64,000 bases of DNA from Candidatus Latescibacterota bacterium (lineage in GTDB: Bacteria > Latescibacterota > UBA2968), in NCBI GenBank assembly GCA_965116885.1, contig OZ220741.1, positions 3,200,001 to 3,264,000 of the forward strand, read 5' to 3'. The notes under the pieces are model-generated. The model did not search any database and was not told the origin of the DNA. It saw only the letters and a program-made list of their open reading frames with translations. Positions 31,221-40,676 of the stretch are shown here, piece after piece; position 1 is the stretch's first letter; every line of letters starts with the position of its first letter. Made by a program: the position numbers and the translations under genes.

Positions 31221-31885
31221 CGATGACATGTCGAGCAATCCGTGGAAGGGTTAATATCGTAGTCTTGAACCAGTTGTGCGCCCAGCAAGGCTTGAGAGAC
31301 CGCATGTCCGCGTTCATCCATTGGTGTCCAGGCCATATTGAAAACTTCTTCGCGAGGACGCACATATTTCTCGGGTGTCCGGTGACATTCCAGACACCAT
31401 TCCATATTGAGGGCGTTCACTTTCCACATCAGGGGCATTTGATCGACCTGCCCGTGACATGTTTGACATCCGATGCCTTTGTGGACGTGAATGCTGTGAT
31501 CGAAATAGACAAAATCGGGGAGATCGTGTACGCGAACCCACTCTATGGGATTACCCGTGCGATAACTTTCGCGGATGGGTTCGAGAAGGGGGCTTTCAGT
31601 CCAAATCTGAGAATGGCAGGTCATGCAGGTTTCAACAGGAGGGATATTGGCGAAAGAAGATTCTTCAACAGAGGTGTGACAGTAGCGACAATCGAGGCCC
31701 ACGCCGGTCACGTGGTGTTTGTGACTAAAGGGAACCGGCTGTTTTTTTGCGACCTGGACATCGGTTGTATAGTGCAATCGGTTGGTGTTGAGCAGAATGG
31801 TGAGGCCCGTTCCAACAACAACCAGAACCACGACAATACTGATTCTGGCATACGCGTTACTACCACGCGGAAAAAGCTGCGCCAT
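31217..31885 (-). CDS. actA: Alternative complex III pentaheme cytochrome c ActA
   Basis: N-terminal TM; five CxxCH motifs (CRYCH, CMTCH, CQTCH, CLECH, CSTCH); QPVPFSHKHH. Confidence 0.95.
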   Translation of the reverse strand: MAQLFPRGSNAYARISIVVVLVVVGTGLTILLNTNRLHYTTDVQVAKKQPVPFSHKHHVTGVGLDCRYCHTSVEESSFANIPPVETCMTCHSQIWTESPLLEPIRESYRTGNPIEWVRVHDLPDFVYFDHSIHVHKGIGCQTCHGQVDQMPLMWKVNALNMEWCLECHRTPEKYVRPREEVFNMAWTPMDERGHAVSQALLGAQLVQDYDINPSTDCSTCHR

Positions 31886-31946
31886 TTATGAATCCTGTGA
31901 AGTGAGATGAGACAAAATGAGATCAGATCAAGCCTACGAAGGGCTT

Positions 31947-31974
31947 AATATACACGAATCTACATGCGAGTCAA
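31947..31974 (-). promoter_or_regulatory. Putative promoter of act-cta operon (TTGACT-N16-TATATT)
   Basis: Near-consensus hexamers about 60 bp upstream of actA. Confidence 0.6.
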
Positions 31975-32083
31975 GTAATAAGTTTCTCTGATAATTAAAC
32001 TGTACATTATTATCTACTTTGTTTGGCATACAAAACACAACTTTTTAATTTTAAGTATCTACTTGATGTTGTTCTGCATTGCA

Positions 32084-33166
32084 TCAATTACCGGGTAGTT
32101 CGGCAATGTACTGGTAATTGGGGTCACGCGCCTGTCTGTCCAAAATCTCGGCAATCTGTTTCCACGTTTCGCGCAAGCCGCGGGGACAGTGGGGCATCTC
32201 GTGTTTGATTAACCTGTGTAACCGACCGAGTTTGTAGCACGGAACCGCAGCATACATGTGGTGCTCGGTATGGTAGTTCATATGCCAGTAGAGAAATTGG
32301 AGCAGGGGATTGAGGTATATTGTGCGGCAGCAGAGGCGAAAATCCGGCACCTTGTCTTGCAGTCCAACATGCTGTGCGGAGTTGCAGAGGGATTGCAACC
32401 ACGATCCGAACATTTTGGGAAATGTGATGACCAGCGGGACAATCCAGTACCCATACGCCAAAGATACACCTGCGATCAAGAGGTGGCCGATGAGCAACGT
32501 GCGCTCCCACCTGGTGTAAGCGCGACACCGCTCTGGATCGCTTTCGGGAAAGAGCATTCCAATCCAGGAATTTTTCCTGTTGATATAGCCGGTAAAGTTT
32601 CGAAACCTCTCTTTGAGCAATGTGTAGGGATACTTGTGGTTTACAATGGCCCGCTTCCACAGACCTTTGAGGTCGATTTTTTGAGGGAGTACGACTTCCT
32701 GGTCGTCGGGCGCGTGCAGAGTGTATTTGTGGTGCTCGGTATGGCTGGCCCAGAATAGATGGTGGTTGTGCCAGCCGAGGAAGGATAAAATGCGGAGGAA
32801 GAAGCGATTGAGCCATCGGGTCTTGAAGACCGAATCGTGTACCAGTTCGTGAAAGCCGTTGACCAAAAAATGCCAGAAGTGCCCGTTGATGAAGATCAGT
32901 AGCGCCGTGATATACCAGGGCCAGTGGCGCGATGAGTAAATGGCCGCCCCCGCAGCAACAGTTAGCACGCCCAAGAAACCGAGTGTCTGAGCAAAGCCGA
33001 GGAAATCACTCCGCTTGTTGAGTTCGCGCAATGTCTCGCGGGGGACGCGACAGCGGTACCATTTGATGCGCGTCTTTCTGGAAGGTTTATTGTATTTTGG
33101 ACCTTCTGTCAATACATCTCGATCAGAGAGCGCGTTTTGGTCGGTATTTTTAGTTTGTGTGTTCAT
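32084..33166 (-). CDS. Fatty acid desaturase family membrane di-iron enzyme
   Basis: Three histidine boxes: HELVH, HTEHH, NYHTEHH. Confidence 0.88.
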   Translation of the reverse strand: MNTQTKNTDQNALSDRDVLTEGPKYNKPSRKTRIKWYRCRVPRETLRELNKRSDFLGFAQTLGFLGVLTVAAGAAIYSSRHWPWYITALLIFINGHFWHFLVNGFHELVHDSVFKTRWLNRFFLRILSFLGWHNHHLFWASHTEHHKYTLHAPDDQEVVLPQKIDLKGLWKRAIVNHKYPYTLLKERFRNFTGYINRKNSWIGMLFPESDPERCRAYTRWERTLLIGHLLIAGVSLAYGYWIVPLVITFPKMFGSWLQSLCNSAQHVGLQDKVPDFRLCCRTIYLNPLLQFLYWHMNYHTEHHMYAAVPCYKLGRLHRLIKHEMPHCPRGLRETWKQIAEILDRQARDPNYQYIAELPGN

Positions 33167-33205
33167 GTCCGTGATTCGCCCATTCAAAGTTTAAAATCAG
33201 CGACC

Positions 33206-33233
33206 AAGATACGCGAATCTACCCGTGCGTCAA
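33206..33233 (-). promoter_or_regulatory. Putative promoter of desaturase gene (TTGACG-N16-TATCTT)
   Basis: Near-consensus hexamers; spacer similar to the actA promoter. Confidence 0.55.
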
Positions 33234-33260
33234 GTGGGTTCGCAGTACCTCTCTGCCTTG

Positions 33261-34427
33261 CTACCCACTTGTTCTACCAAAATTTGTGGTAAATATCAAA
33301 AAGTCGGCAAAATCCACGTCGCCATCCTGATCCAAATCACCTATTAAACCGCTTGGCGTACCACTCCCGCCTCCACCAGATGGGATTTCAGAGGACCACC
33401 GAAGGATCTGATTTTGTCCTCGGGTCTCTGCGACTCCGTTGCCCACACTATCTACATGAGCCAGGAATTTGCCGCCTTCAATTCCCAATACGCCGTTGCC
33501 CGCATCATCGGCTGCCATAGCTGCAATGGGGCGTCCGGAGGCGTTGAGAATGCCCATTACACCGTGCCCATTTTCATCGACGCCCAATACGGAAGTCAAA
33601 ACGCCCTCTCTATTTCTCACCAATACTGCTGCATCGCCAGCTGCATCAACCCCAAGACCAACTATTGAGCCTGCGGCACTGACGGCACCGACTGAGCCAT
33701 TGCCAGCTTCATCTAAACCCAAAATAGCCGCACCTGCACCCGTTTCGGAGCTACTGCCTACGATCAGTCCCGCATTTCCAGCCTGATCGGAACTGAGAAC
33801 CACAAAGCTCGAACCCGATGCATTTGATGAAGCTACCAAACCATTGCCAGCTTGATCCGCGCCCATCCCCGCAACAGAGGTATTATTTTCTATCACGCTA
33901 ATATCGCCATTGCCAGCTTGATCAACCGATATAGCTGCCACTGCCTCACTTGCTGCGTTCCCTACGAGCAAAATACCATCTCCTACGTTATCCGATCCGA
34001 TTATGGCGACGACTCCCCCCGCTGCATTTACAATCTGCAGTGTGCTTGCCTGTAGTGTTTGTACCCGCAATGTGTCGGATAAAATCTGCTGTAATCCTGC
34101 TTGCGCTTGCTTGCCCAATCGCGGTATCCCATTATCGTGCGAGAGAATATTATTGATAAATTCTGTCTTATCTCTACCCGGACCAAGCTCTGGTGCCTGT
34201 ATCCGGCGCGCCTGAATTTCTTCCCGATGCGACGCAATATTGCGAAAATCACCATCCACATTTACAGAGGTCAATTTGGGAGGGAGTAGCCTGTGAAACT
34301 ACTTTGACGTAAAAGCGGGCGATGTGTTGAAAAGGAATACAATGATCAATCCAATAATCGCCCGCATTTGCCAGCGCACTCTTTTTTCCAGTGTTTCTAC
34401 CTTTTTTTCTACGATTTCCCTATTCAT
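33261..34427 (-). pseudogene. Exported repeat protein with C-terminal dockerin/EF-hand-like motif, interrupted by in-frame TAG
   Basis: AAGGAG RBS plus ATG 34427; TM/signal segment; TAG at 34301-34299 in frame with ORF 33261..34274; nine DxxG(N/D/H)(G/A) repeats; GDLDQDGDVDFADFLIF tail. Confidence 0.7.
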
Positions 34428-34596
34428 TCTATCTCCTTGAATTGGTGGCTGTGTCGTTTTCTTTAATATAAAACAATTGACAAGCAATAATTACTTAATC
34501 CGAGATAAGCACCCATGGGTTCCCCTTGCTTTGATAAAATGAAACGGCTATTATGGACCACCCCACCGCCAATGTAGAGAATGGAGGCGCACAGCG

Positions 34597-35997
34597 ATGA
34601 ATTTGCCAGATCCACTTATCGCATCCAATGACCGCCAACTCTTTGTCGATAACCATCTCATCGACAGCATCGAACATGTGCGTATTCACCAGCACGCGCC
34701 CATCCCGCGCGAAACGTGTCTCGCTCTCAATCGTCCCTGGGAAGGTGAGACGAGTTGGTGTCCCGTTGTTATCAAAGATGGCGATAAATACAGAATGTGG
34801 TACCGATCGCAAGATGAACAACAAGACACAGGTGGTTTTAACCATACGTTCACTGCTTATGCCGAGAGCGAAGACGGCATTTGTTGGCAACGGCCTAACC
34901 TCGGTTTGTTCGACTTTAACGGTTCAACCGATAACAATATCTGCGTTGACAATCCCAATACAAAAAATATCGCGGTTTTTAAGGATAAACGTCCCGGTGT
35001 GCCAGAATCCGAGCGGTACAAAGCAGCGGGACGCTGGAGCGGTGGCAAGCCCGCTCGGATCTACGGTCTCGTCTCATCCGATGGCATTCACTGGCAAAAC
35101 GCAGGAGATGGGCCACTTATCGTCGCCTCTGAAGACGATCCCAATTTTGACAGTCCAGTCAGTGCTTTTTGGGATGTGCGTCAGGGGTGTTATGTCCTGT
35201 ACGCGCGTGGCTGGTTTCCCGATGGGAATGAACCGCGAATGCGCGCCATTCGAATGACTACTTCGCCGGATTTCATACATTGGGACCCATGGCAATACAT
35301 TCGCATTGACGGCAAAACGCGCTTTGATTATCAACTTTATACAAATGCCGTTCATCCCTACGAACGGGCGCCCTATTATTTCGCATTCCCCAAACGCTTT
35401 ATTCCAACGCGCAGGGCCAAGCCCGAGTGGGGTCACGAAGGTCTTTCCGATGTCCTCTTTCTCGCCAGTAGAGATGGTCTGAATTTCACACAGCCTTATG
35501 CCGATGCGTTTATGCGTCCCGGTCTGGATCAAAATAACTGGCACGAGCGCTCTGTTTTTATCGGACCGCGTGCTGTGTCCACCGCGCCCGGCGAACTCTC
35601 ACTTTATTCCGTGCAAAATTATCGCACGTCCAATGCACACATTCGGCGTTTCACTCTGCGCGAAGATGGGTTTGTTTCTGTTCGCGCTGATGCGAGGATT
35701 GGGATTCTTACGACCAGACCGTTTACTTTTACTGGTACCCAATTGGAAATCAATTATTCTACGAGTGTTGCCGGATCAATTCGCGTCGCATTGCTCGACA
35801 AAGCGGGTGATAATCTTTCAAAATTTGCGCTCGACAATTGTCCCCACATTTTTGGCGATGAAATCGCGCGCATCGTTCGCTGGGAAAATGTCAATGCTAT
35901 CGATGTCGCTCCGAACCAACCCATTCGCTTGCAATTTGAGCTAACTGAGGCAGACCTCTTTTCTTTTAGATTTTTCAGTCCCGGAGAAATATCATGA
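34597..35997 (+). CDS. Putative glycoside hydrolase (five-bladed beta-propeller-like)
   Basis: RQLFVDNHLI, YRMWY, AYAESEDGICW.RP, SSDGIHW, SRDGLNF, LREDGFVS. Confidence 0.72.
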   Translation: MNLPDPLIASNDRQLFVDNHLIDSIEHVRIHQHAPIPRETCLALNRPWEGETSWCPVVIKDGDKYRMWYRSQDEQQDTGGFNHTFTAYAESEDGICWQRPNLGLFDFNGSTDNNICVDNPNTKNIAVFKDKRPGVPESERYKAAGRWSGGKPARIYGLVSSDGIHWQNAGDGPLIVASEDDPNFDSPVSAFWDVRQGCYVLYARGWFPDGNEPRMRAIRMTTSPDFIHWDPWQYIRIDGKTRFDYQLYTNAVHPYERAPYYFAFPKRFIPTRRAKPEWGHEGLSDVLFLASRDGLNFTQPYADAFMRPGLDQNNWHERSVFIGPRAVSTAPGELSLYSVQNYRTSNAHIRRFTLREDGFVSVRADARIGILTTRPFTFTGTQLEINYSTSVAGSIRVALLDKAGDNLSKFALDNCPHIFGDEIARIVRWENVNAIDVAPNQPIRLQFELTEADLFSFRFFSPGEIS

Positions 35998-37139
35998 AAA
36001 TCGCCAAAATCGAACAATTCTTTCCCCGTCGGAGAATGCGCTTGATTAAAATTACGACCGATACGGGTATTGTCGGCTGGGGGGAGACCACCCTTGAGGG
36101 CAAACCCAGGAGTACCTGGGCTGCCGTAGAAGAACTCGCGGATTATCTCACTGGGAAAGATCCCTTGCGGATTGAGCACCACTGGCAACATATTTACCGC
36201 TCCGCTTTTTATCGCGGGGGCAATGTGCTTATGACCGCTCTTTCGGGTATTGATCAAGCGCTTTGGGATATTGCGGGTAAGTACTTCAATGTGCCGACCT
36301 ATCAGCTTCTCGGTGGACCGGTGCGTGACCGCATTCGCGTTTATGCCCATTGGGGGATTCGCGATAGTTCAGAACGCGCTTTGGATGCCGCGCGTGAGCG
36401 TCTCGACATGCTGCAAGAAAAGGGTGGATATAAAGCTTTTAAATCGGGACCTGGTGGCAAGTGGCGTGCCCACGAACCCCCTGCGGTGATCGACCGCTTT
36501 GTCAAATGTGCCTATACTATGCGCGAGTGGGTTGGTGACGATTGTGAACTCTGTTTTGATTTTCACGGCAAGATGACGCCTGCGCTTGCCGTGGAAATTT
36601 GCCATGAAATCAAAGGCATGCGGCCCATGTTTGTCGAGGAACCCGTGCCACAGGAAAATGTCGATGCGCTCAAACACGTTTCCGACCATGTGCCCTTTCC
36701 CATTGCTACGGGTGAACGCCTGCTTTCACGCTGGGAGTTTCGCACTGTTTTTGAGAAAAATGCCGTTGCCTATATCCAGCCCGATGGCTCGCATGCGGGC
36801 GGTATTTCCGAACTCAAACGCATTGCGAACATGGCAGAAGTGTATTATATGCATATTATGCCGCATTGCGCTATTGGACCAGTTGCGTTCTCGGCCTGTA
36901 TGCAGGTTGATGCCGTTGTGCCCAATTTTCTCATTCAAGAGCAAGTCGATGCTGGTCTGGGTGAGGATCTTTTGCAAGACCCCTGGGTTGTCAGGGATGG
37001 ACATATTGATTTGCCCGCCAGGCCCGGCCTGGGCTTTGATCTTATTGCCAAAGAAGCCGAACGGAATATCGGGGTGTACGAAGAAGAACTCGGCGGAGAA
37101 TATTTTTACGAAAACGATGGCAGTGTTGCGGATTGGTAG
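35994..37139 (+). CDS. dgoD: Galactonate dehydratase-like enolase superfamily protein
   Basis: GWGE, SGIDQALWDIAGK, DFHGK, FVEEP, ATGER, PHC; ATGA overlap with upstream gene. Confidence 0.8.
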   Translation: MKIAKIEQFFPRRRMRLIKITTDTGIVGWGETTLEGKPRSTWAAVEELADYLTGKDPLRIEHHWQHIYRSAFYRGGNVLMTALSGIDQALWDIAGKYFNVPTYQLLGGPVRDRIRVYAHWGIRDSSERALDAARERLDMLQEKGGYKAFKSGPGGKWRAHEPPAVIDRFVKCAYTMREWVGDDCELCFDFHGKMTPALAVEICHEIKGMRPMFVEEPVPQENVDALKHVSDHVPFPIATGERLLSRWEFRTVFEKNAVAYIQPDGSHAGGISELKRIANMAEVYYMHIMPHCAIGPVAFSACMQVDAVVPNFLIQEQVDAGLGEDLLQDPWVVRDGHIDLPARPGLGFDLIAKEAERNIGVYEEELGGEYFYENDGSVADW

Positions 37140-37142
37140 TAT

Positions 37143-38036
37143 ATGAACGAAATAAAAGAACAACCCGACAAAATGGGCAAGGCGTTTCTCGATCTCGTCA
37201 GTCGAGGGGAAACGCGCTGGAAAAGGTATATTTTAACGTTGCTGATCATTATTGCTACCTGGACTTTGGGCAGTGGTACAGTCCTGCTTGCTGTTTATGG
37301 CCCCGAACCCGAAGGTTCCCCCATGGATGGTACAAGTCCTTTTCTGGATTTTATTGCCCTTAACTTGCTCTTTGTCACGGTGCTGATCGGCCTGTGGATT
37401 GGTATTTGCAACGCACACAAACGCTCTTTACTCACGCTTATTACGCCACGCGATGATATCCGCTGGGGCCGCATATTGCAGGGCTTTGGTTTGCAAATGG
37501 GTCTGGGTATTGTTTTCGCAGCTATTGATGCTCTGCTTTTTCCCGATAACTACACTTATACCCTGGATCCCGAACGCTTTTACAAATTTGCCATTCTCGT
37601 CCTGCTCCTTACGCCTTTTCAGGCCACTACCGAAGAATTGCTCACGCGCAGTTACTTCTTGCAAATGCTCGGTCACTTCACGCGACACCCCATTGTTCTC
37701 ATTGTTCTCAATGCCCTGCCCTTTGCTTTGTTTCATTTAATGAATCCCGAGATCGCAGCGTATGGCGTAGTGCCCATGTTGATTTCCTACTTTGTCGTCG
37801 GTGCATTTCTCGCCCTTGTCACGCTCAAAGATAACGGAGCGGAACTCGCTATTGGCATTCATGCCGCGAATAACATGTTTGCTGCGGTCCTCGTCAATTA
37901 CAAAGACTCCGCGCTATCTACCAATGCCATTTTTACGATAAATGAGGTCAATGTTTGGTCAGGCACTGTTGCCTACATCATCTCCGCAGCTATTATGTAT
38001 TGGATATTGTTCCGCAGTAAACGACCAGTCCCTTGA
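37143..38036 (+). CDS. CPBP (CAAX/Abi) intramembrane glutamic metalloprotease
   Basis: EELLTRSY, FALFH, GIHAANN motifs; multiple TMs. Confidence 0.9.
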   Translation: MNEIKEQPDKMGKAFLDLVSRGETRWKRYILTLLIIIATWTLGSGTVLLAVYGPEPEGSPMDGTSPFLDFIALNLLFVTVLIGLWIGICNAHKRSLLTLITPRDDIRWGRILQGFGLQMGLGIVFAAIDALLFPDNYTYTLDPERFYKFAILVLLLTPFQATTEELLTRSYFLQMLGHFTRHPIVLIVLNALPFALFHLMNPEIAAYGVVPMLISYFVVGAFLALVTLKDNGAELAIGIHAANNMFAAVLVNYKDSALSTNAIFTINEVNVWSGTVAYIISAAIMYWILFRSKRPVP

Positions 38037-38173
38037 TCTCTTATGAACTGCGATTTTTTGGCCAATGATTGAGTGTAGCCTGGGGTTGCCCAATACCATA
38101 GGCAACAGAGCATTTTCCCCGGTGTACCGTATATTGATTTTGTTGTCCAGACCGACAGATGAAAGGGCTTGCC

Positions 38174-39247
38174 GTGCCTAAATTTCAAGCAAAGGCTTTG
38201 CGCCGGATTGGTTACGAACTTTTCGAAGCTGCCGGGTGTACGCCCGAGGACACGCGGACCGTCGTGGACCACCTTGTCGAGTCGAATCTCTTCGGTCACG
38301 ACTCTCACGGCGCCATCCGGTTCTACGAGTATGCTCGGGCGGTCCGGGACGGGCGGTTCCAGCCCCGGGCGGTTCCGGTGGTCGTCGAGGAGTATCCCTG
38401 CCTGGCTGTTGTGGATGCGAAGGGGGCGATGGGACAGGTGGGCGCGACCTTTGCAGCAAAGCTGGCCAGTGAGAAGGCCCGGATACACGGCGTCGGTTGC
38501 GTCGCGCTGCGGAATACCAGCCATATAGGCCGGGCTGGTGCGTATCCGCTCATGGCCGCCCGGGAAGGATTGATTGGTCTGATATTTGTGAATGCCGGGC
38601 ACCTGGGGTATCAGATCGCCCCTTTTGGGGGAATCGACGGACGCCTGAGCACCAATCCGATCGCATTTGCTGCCCCCCGACGGGAGGCAGAGCCGATTCT
38701 GGTAGATATGACGACTTCGGTGGTGGCAGAAGGGAAGGTGCGGGTGGCGATCAACAGCGGGCACCAGGTCCCCGAGGGTTGGCTGATCGATTCAGAGGGG
38801 AATCCGACCGTGGATCCGGGAGATTTTTCGGCCGATCCGCGGGGCGCAATTCTCCCTATGGGCGGCGTGGTTGCCCACAAAGGCTTTGCGTTGAGCCTGG
38901 TGGTGGAGCTTTTGGGAGGCACTCTCAGCGGGCAGGGGTGCGCTGCTGGCGAGCGCCAGATGATCAGCAACGGCGTGCTTTTGACGGTGTACGACATTGC
39001 GCACTTTACCGACCGGGAGGCCTACTACGACGAGGTGGAAGCATTGATCCGGCACGTGAAGTCGAGCCGCGTGGCCCCTGGATTTGAGGAAATCCTGCTG
39101 CCCGGAGAGCCGGAGTTCCGCAGCGCGATGCAGCGGAAGATGGAGGGGATCGAGGTGGACGATACGACCTGGTCAATGATCTGTGAGGAAGCGCGCGCCG
39201 TCGGGCTGGAACCCCAGCGATGGGAAGCCGAGCGGGGTATCGGTTGA
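38174..39247 (+). CDS. Ldh_2 family (malate/L-lactate/sulfolactate dehydrogenase-like) oxidoreductase
   Basis: GHDSHG, SHIGR, TNPIAFAAP, DMTTS, HKGFAL, LPGEPE. Start may be GTG 38174 or ATG 38159. Confidence 0.9.
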   Translation: MPKFQAKALRRIGYELFEAAGCTPEDTRTVVDHLVESNLFGHDSHGAIRFYEYARAVRDGRFQPRAVPVVVEEYPCLAVVDAKGAMGQVGATFAAKLASEKARIHGVGCVALRNTSHIGRAGAYPLMAAREGLIGLIFVNAGHLGYQIAPFGGIDGRLSTNPIAFAAPRREAEPILVDMTTSVVAEGKVRVAINSGHQVPEGWLIDSEGNPTVDPGDFSADPRGAILPMGGVVAHKGFALSLVVELLGGTLSGQGCAAGERQMISNGVLLTVYDIAHFTDREAYYDEVEALIRHVKSSRVAPGFEEILLPGEPEFRSAMQRKMEGIEVDDTTWSMICEEARAVGLEPQRWEAERGIG

Positions 39248-39312
39248 GCGCGCGCTGGCTCCGGGGTCGTGTGGTTCGTACCTCGGTAGATTTGAGATGA
39301 AAGAGAGGCAAT

Positions 39313-40662
39313 ATGGCAAATTCAATAGAAATCGGCATTGCCCGCACCGATATCACCCCTGCGGTTGGCATACCCATGGTCGGTTTTGCGGGACGAGGAC
39401 CTTCGACGCGTGTAAATGATCCGTTATATGCCACGGCTATGGCTGTTTCCTGCGCGGGGGAGCAAGCCGTATTGATCACTCTGGATCTTCTCCAGTTTAA
39501 GGCGGAAACGGTCGCCGAGTTTCGCGCACTCATCCAGGCTGCGTCGGGGATTCCCGCTGATCGGATTACTCTGGCGTGCAGTCATACTCATTACGGGCCT
39601 GATGTCGATCGCGCAGGTAAGCAATCCTCGTCGTCGGGTCCGGGACCGGCTGAAGCCTCCGAGTTGGTTGATGCCTATCGGACTCATCTCGGATTCAAAA
39701 TGTCGGGCCTGGTGCAGGAGGCACAACAAAATTTGAGGCCAGCGCGAATGGGTATCGGCTGGGGCAGTTCCGATATCGGTATTAATCGCAGGGAGAAGAC
39801 CCCTGATGGGCGGATTATTCTCGGCAACAACTACGACGGGCCTGTTGATCGCGAGGTCGGTGTGGCGCGGATTGAAGATATAGAGGGAAATCCCATCGCC
39901 TGTCTGGTCAATTTTGCGACACATCCCGTTGCACAGACTTCTCAGCAGCGCGCCATTTCCGCCGGGTTTCCCGGAAAGATGACTCAGGTGGTAGAAGGTC
40001 TTACGGGCGCGTATTGTCTCTTTCTACAGGGGGCAGCTGGAAATATCAATCCGGCTTTGGGATTCCGCCGGCCTGATCATCGGCCCGAGGATCTTCACAA
40101 ACCAGCGGATAGTCTGGGCATTCGACTGGGCTGCGAAGTGGTGCGCGTGTGGGAAACCATCAGCGTTGGCGAGGCGCAAGGCTTGAATTTCGCTTCAAAG
40201 ACCATAAGCCTGCCGCGCTACATGTACGGCGACTTAGAAAGCGCGAAACAGCTCGATGGAGAATTTGCCCAGGAGTTGGAGTCGAGAAATCTCTCCGATG
40301 GACGGCGACATTGGGCCGCGCTCAGGCAAAGTCGGGTGCGGGAAGCGATTGGTAGCTATGAGACGGGTGTTCCTCTCGATCCCGTTGAGGCAGAATTACA
40401 GGCATGGCGAATTGGTGATCTCGCCTTTGTGACTGCACCGGCAGAGATTTTTACCGAAAACGGCACGCTTGTGAAAAATCAATCGCCTTTTGATCACACT
40501 TTCTTCGTGGGCTATACCAATGGCTCCATCGGGTATGTTCCTACAGTGGAAGCCTATCCAGAAGGGGGCTACGAAGTCACCCACGCCTGCCAGGTTGATC
40601 CAGAAGCTGGCGGTATGGTCAATGAGAATTGTCTGGCACTGCTCCAGCAGGTGAAGGCATAG
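39313..40662 (+). CDS. Neutral/alkaline ceramidase-like metallohydrolase
   Basis: DITP, DPLYA, SHTHYGP, NRR, NFATHP, QGAAGN, PAEIF, GYTNG..GYVP..YPEGGYE. Confidence 0.8.
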   Translation: MANSIEIGIARTDITPAVGIPMVGFAGRGPSTRVNDPLYATAMAVSCAGEQAVLITLDLLQFKAETVAEFRALIQAASGIPADRITLACSHTHYGPDVDRAGKQSSSSGPGPAEASELVDAYRTHLGFKMSGLVQEAQQNLRPARMGIGWGSSDIGINRREKTPDGRIILGNNYDGPVDREVGVARIEDIEGNPIACLVNFATHPVAQTSQQRAISAGFPGKMTQVVEGLTGAYCLFLQGAAGNINPALGFRRPDHRPEDLHKPADSLGIRLGCEVVRVWETISVGEAQGLNFASKTISLPRYMYGDLESAKQLDGEFAQELESRNLSDGRRHWAALRQSRVREAIGSYETGVPLDPVEAELQAWRIGDLAFVTAPAEIFTENGTLVKNQSPFDHTFFVGYTNGSIGYVPTVEAYPEGGYEVTHACQVDPEAGGMVNENCLALLQQVKA

Positions 40663-40676
40663 CAAAGGGGATTCAT

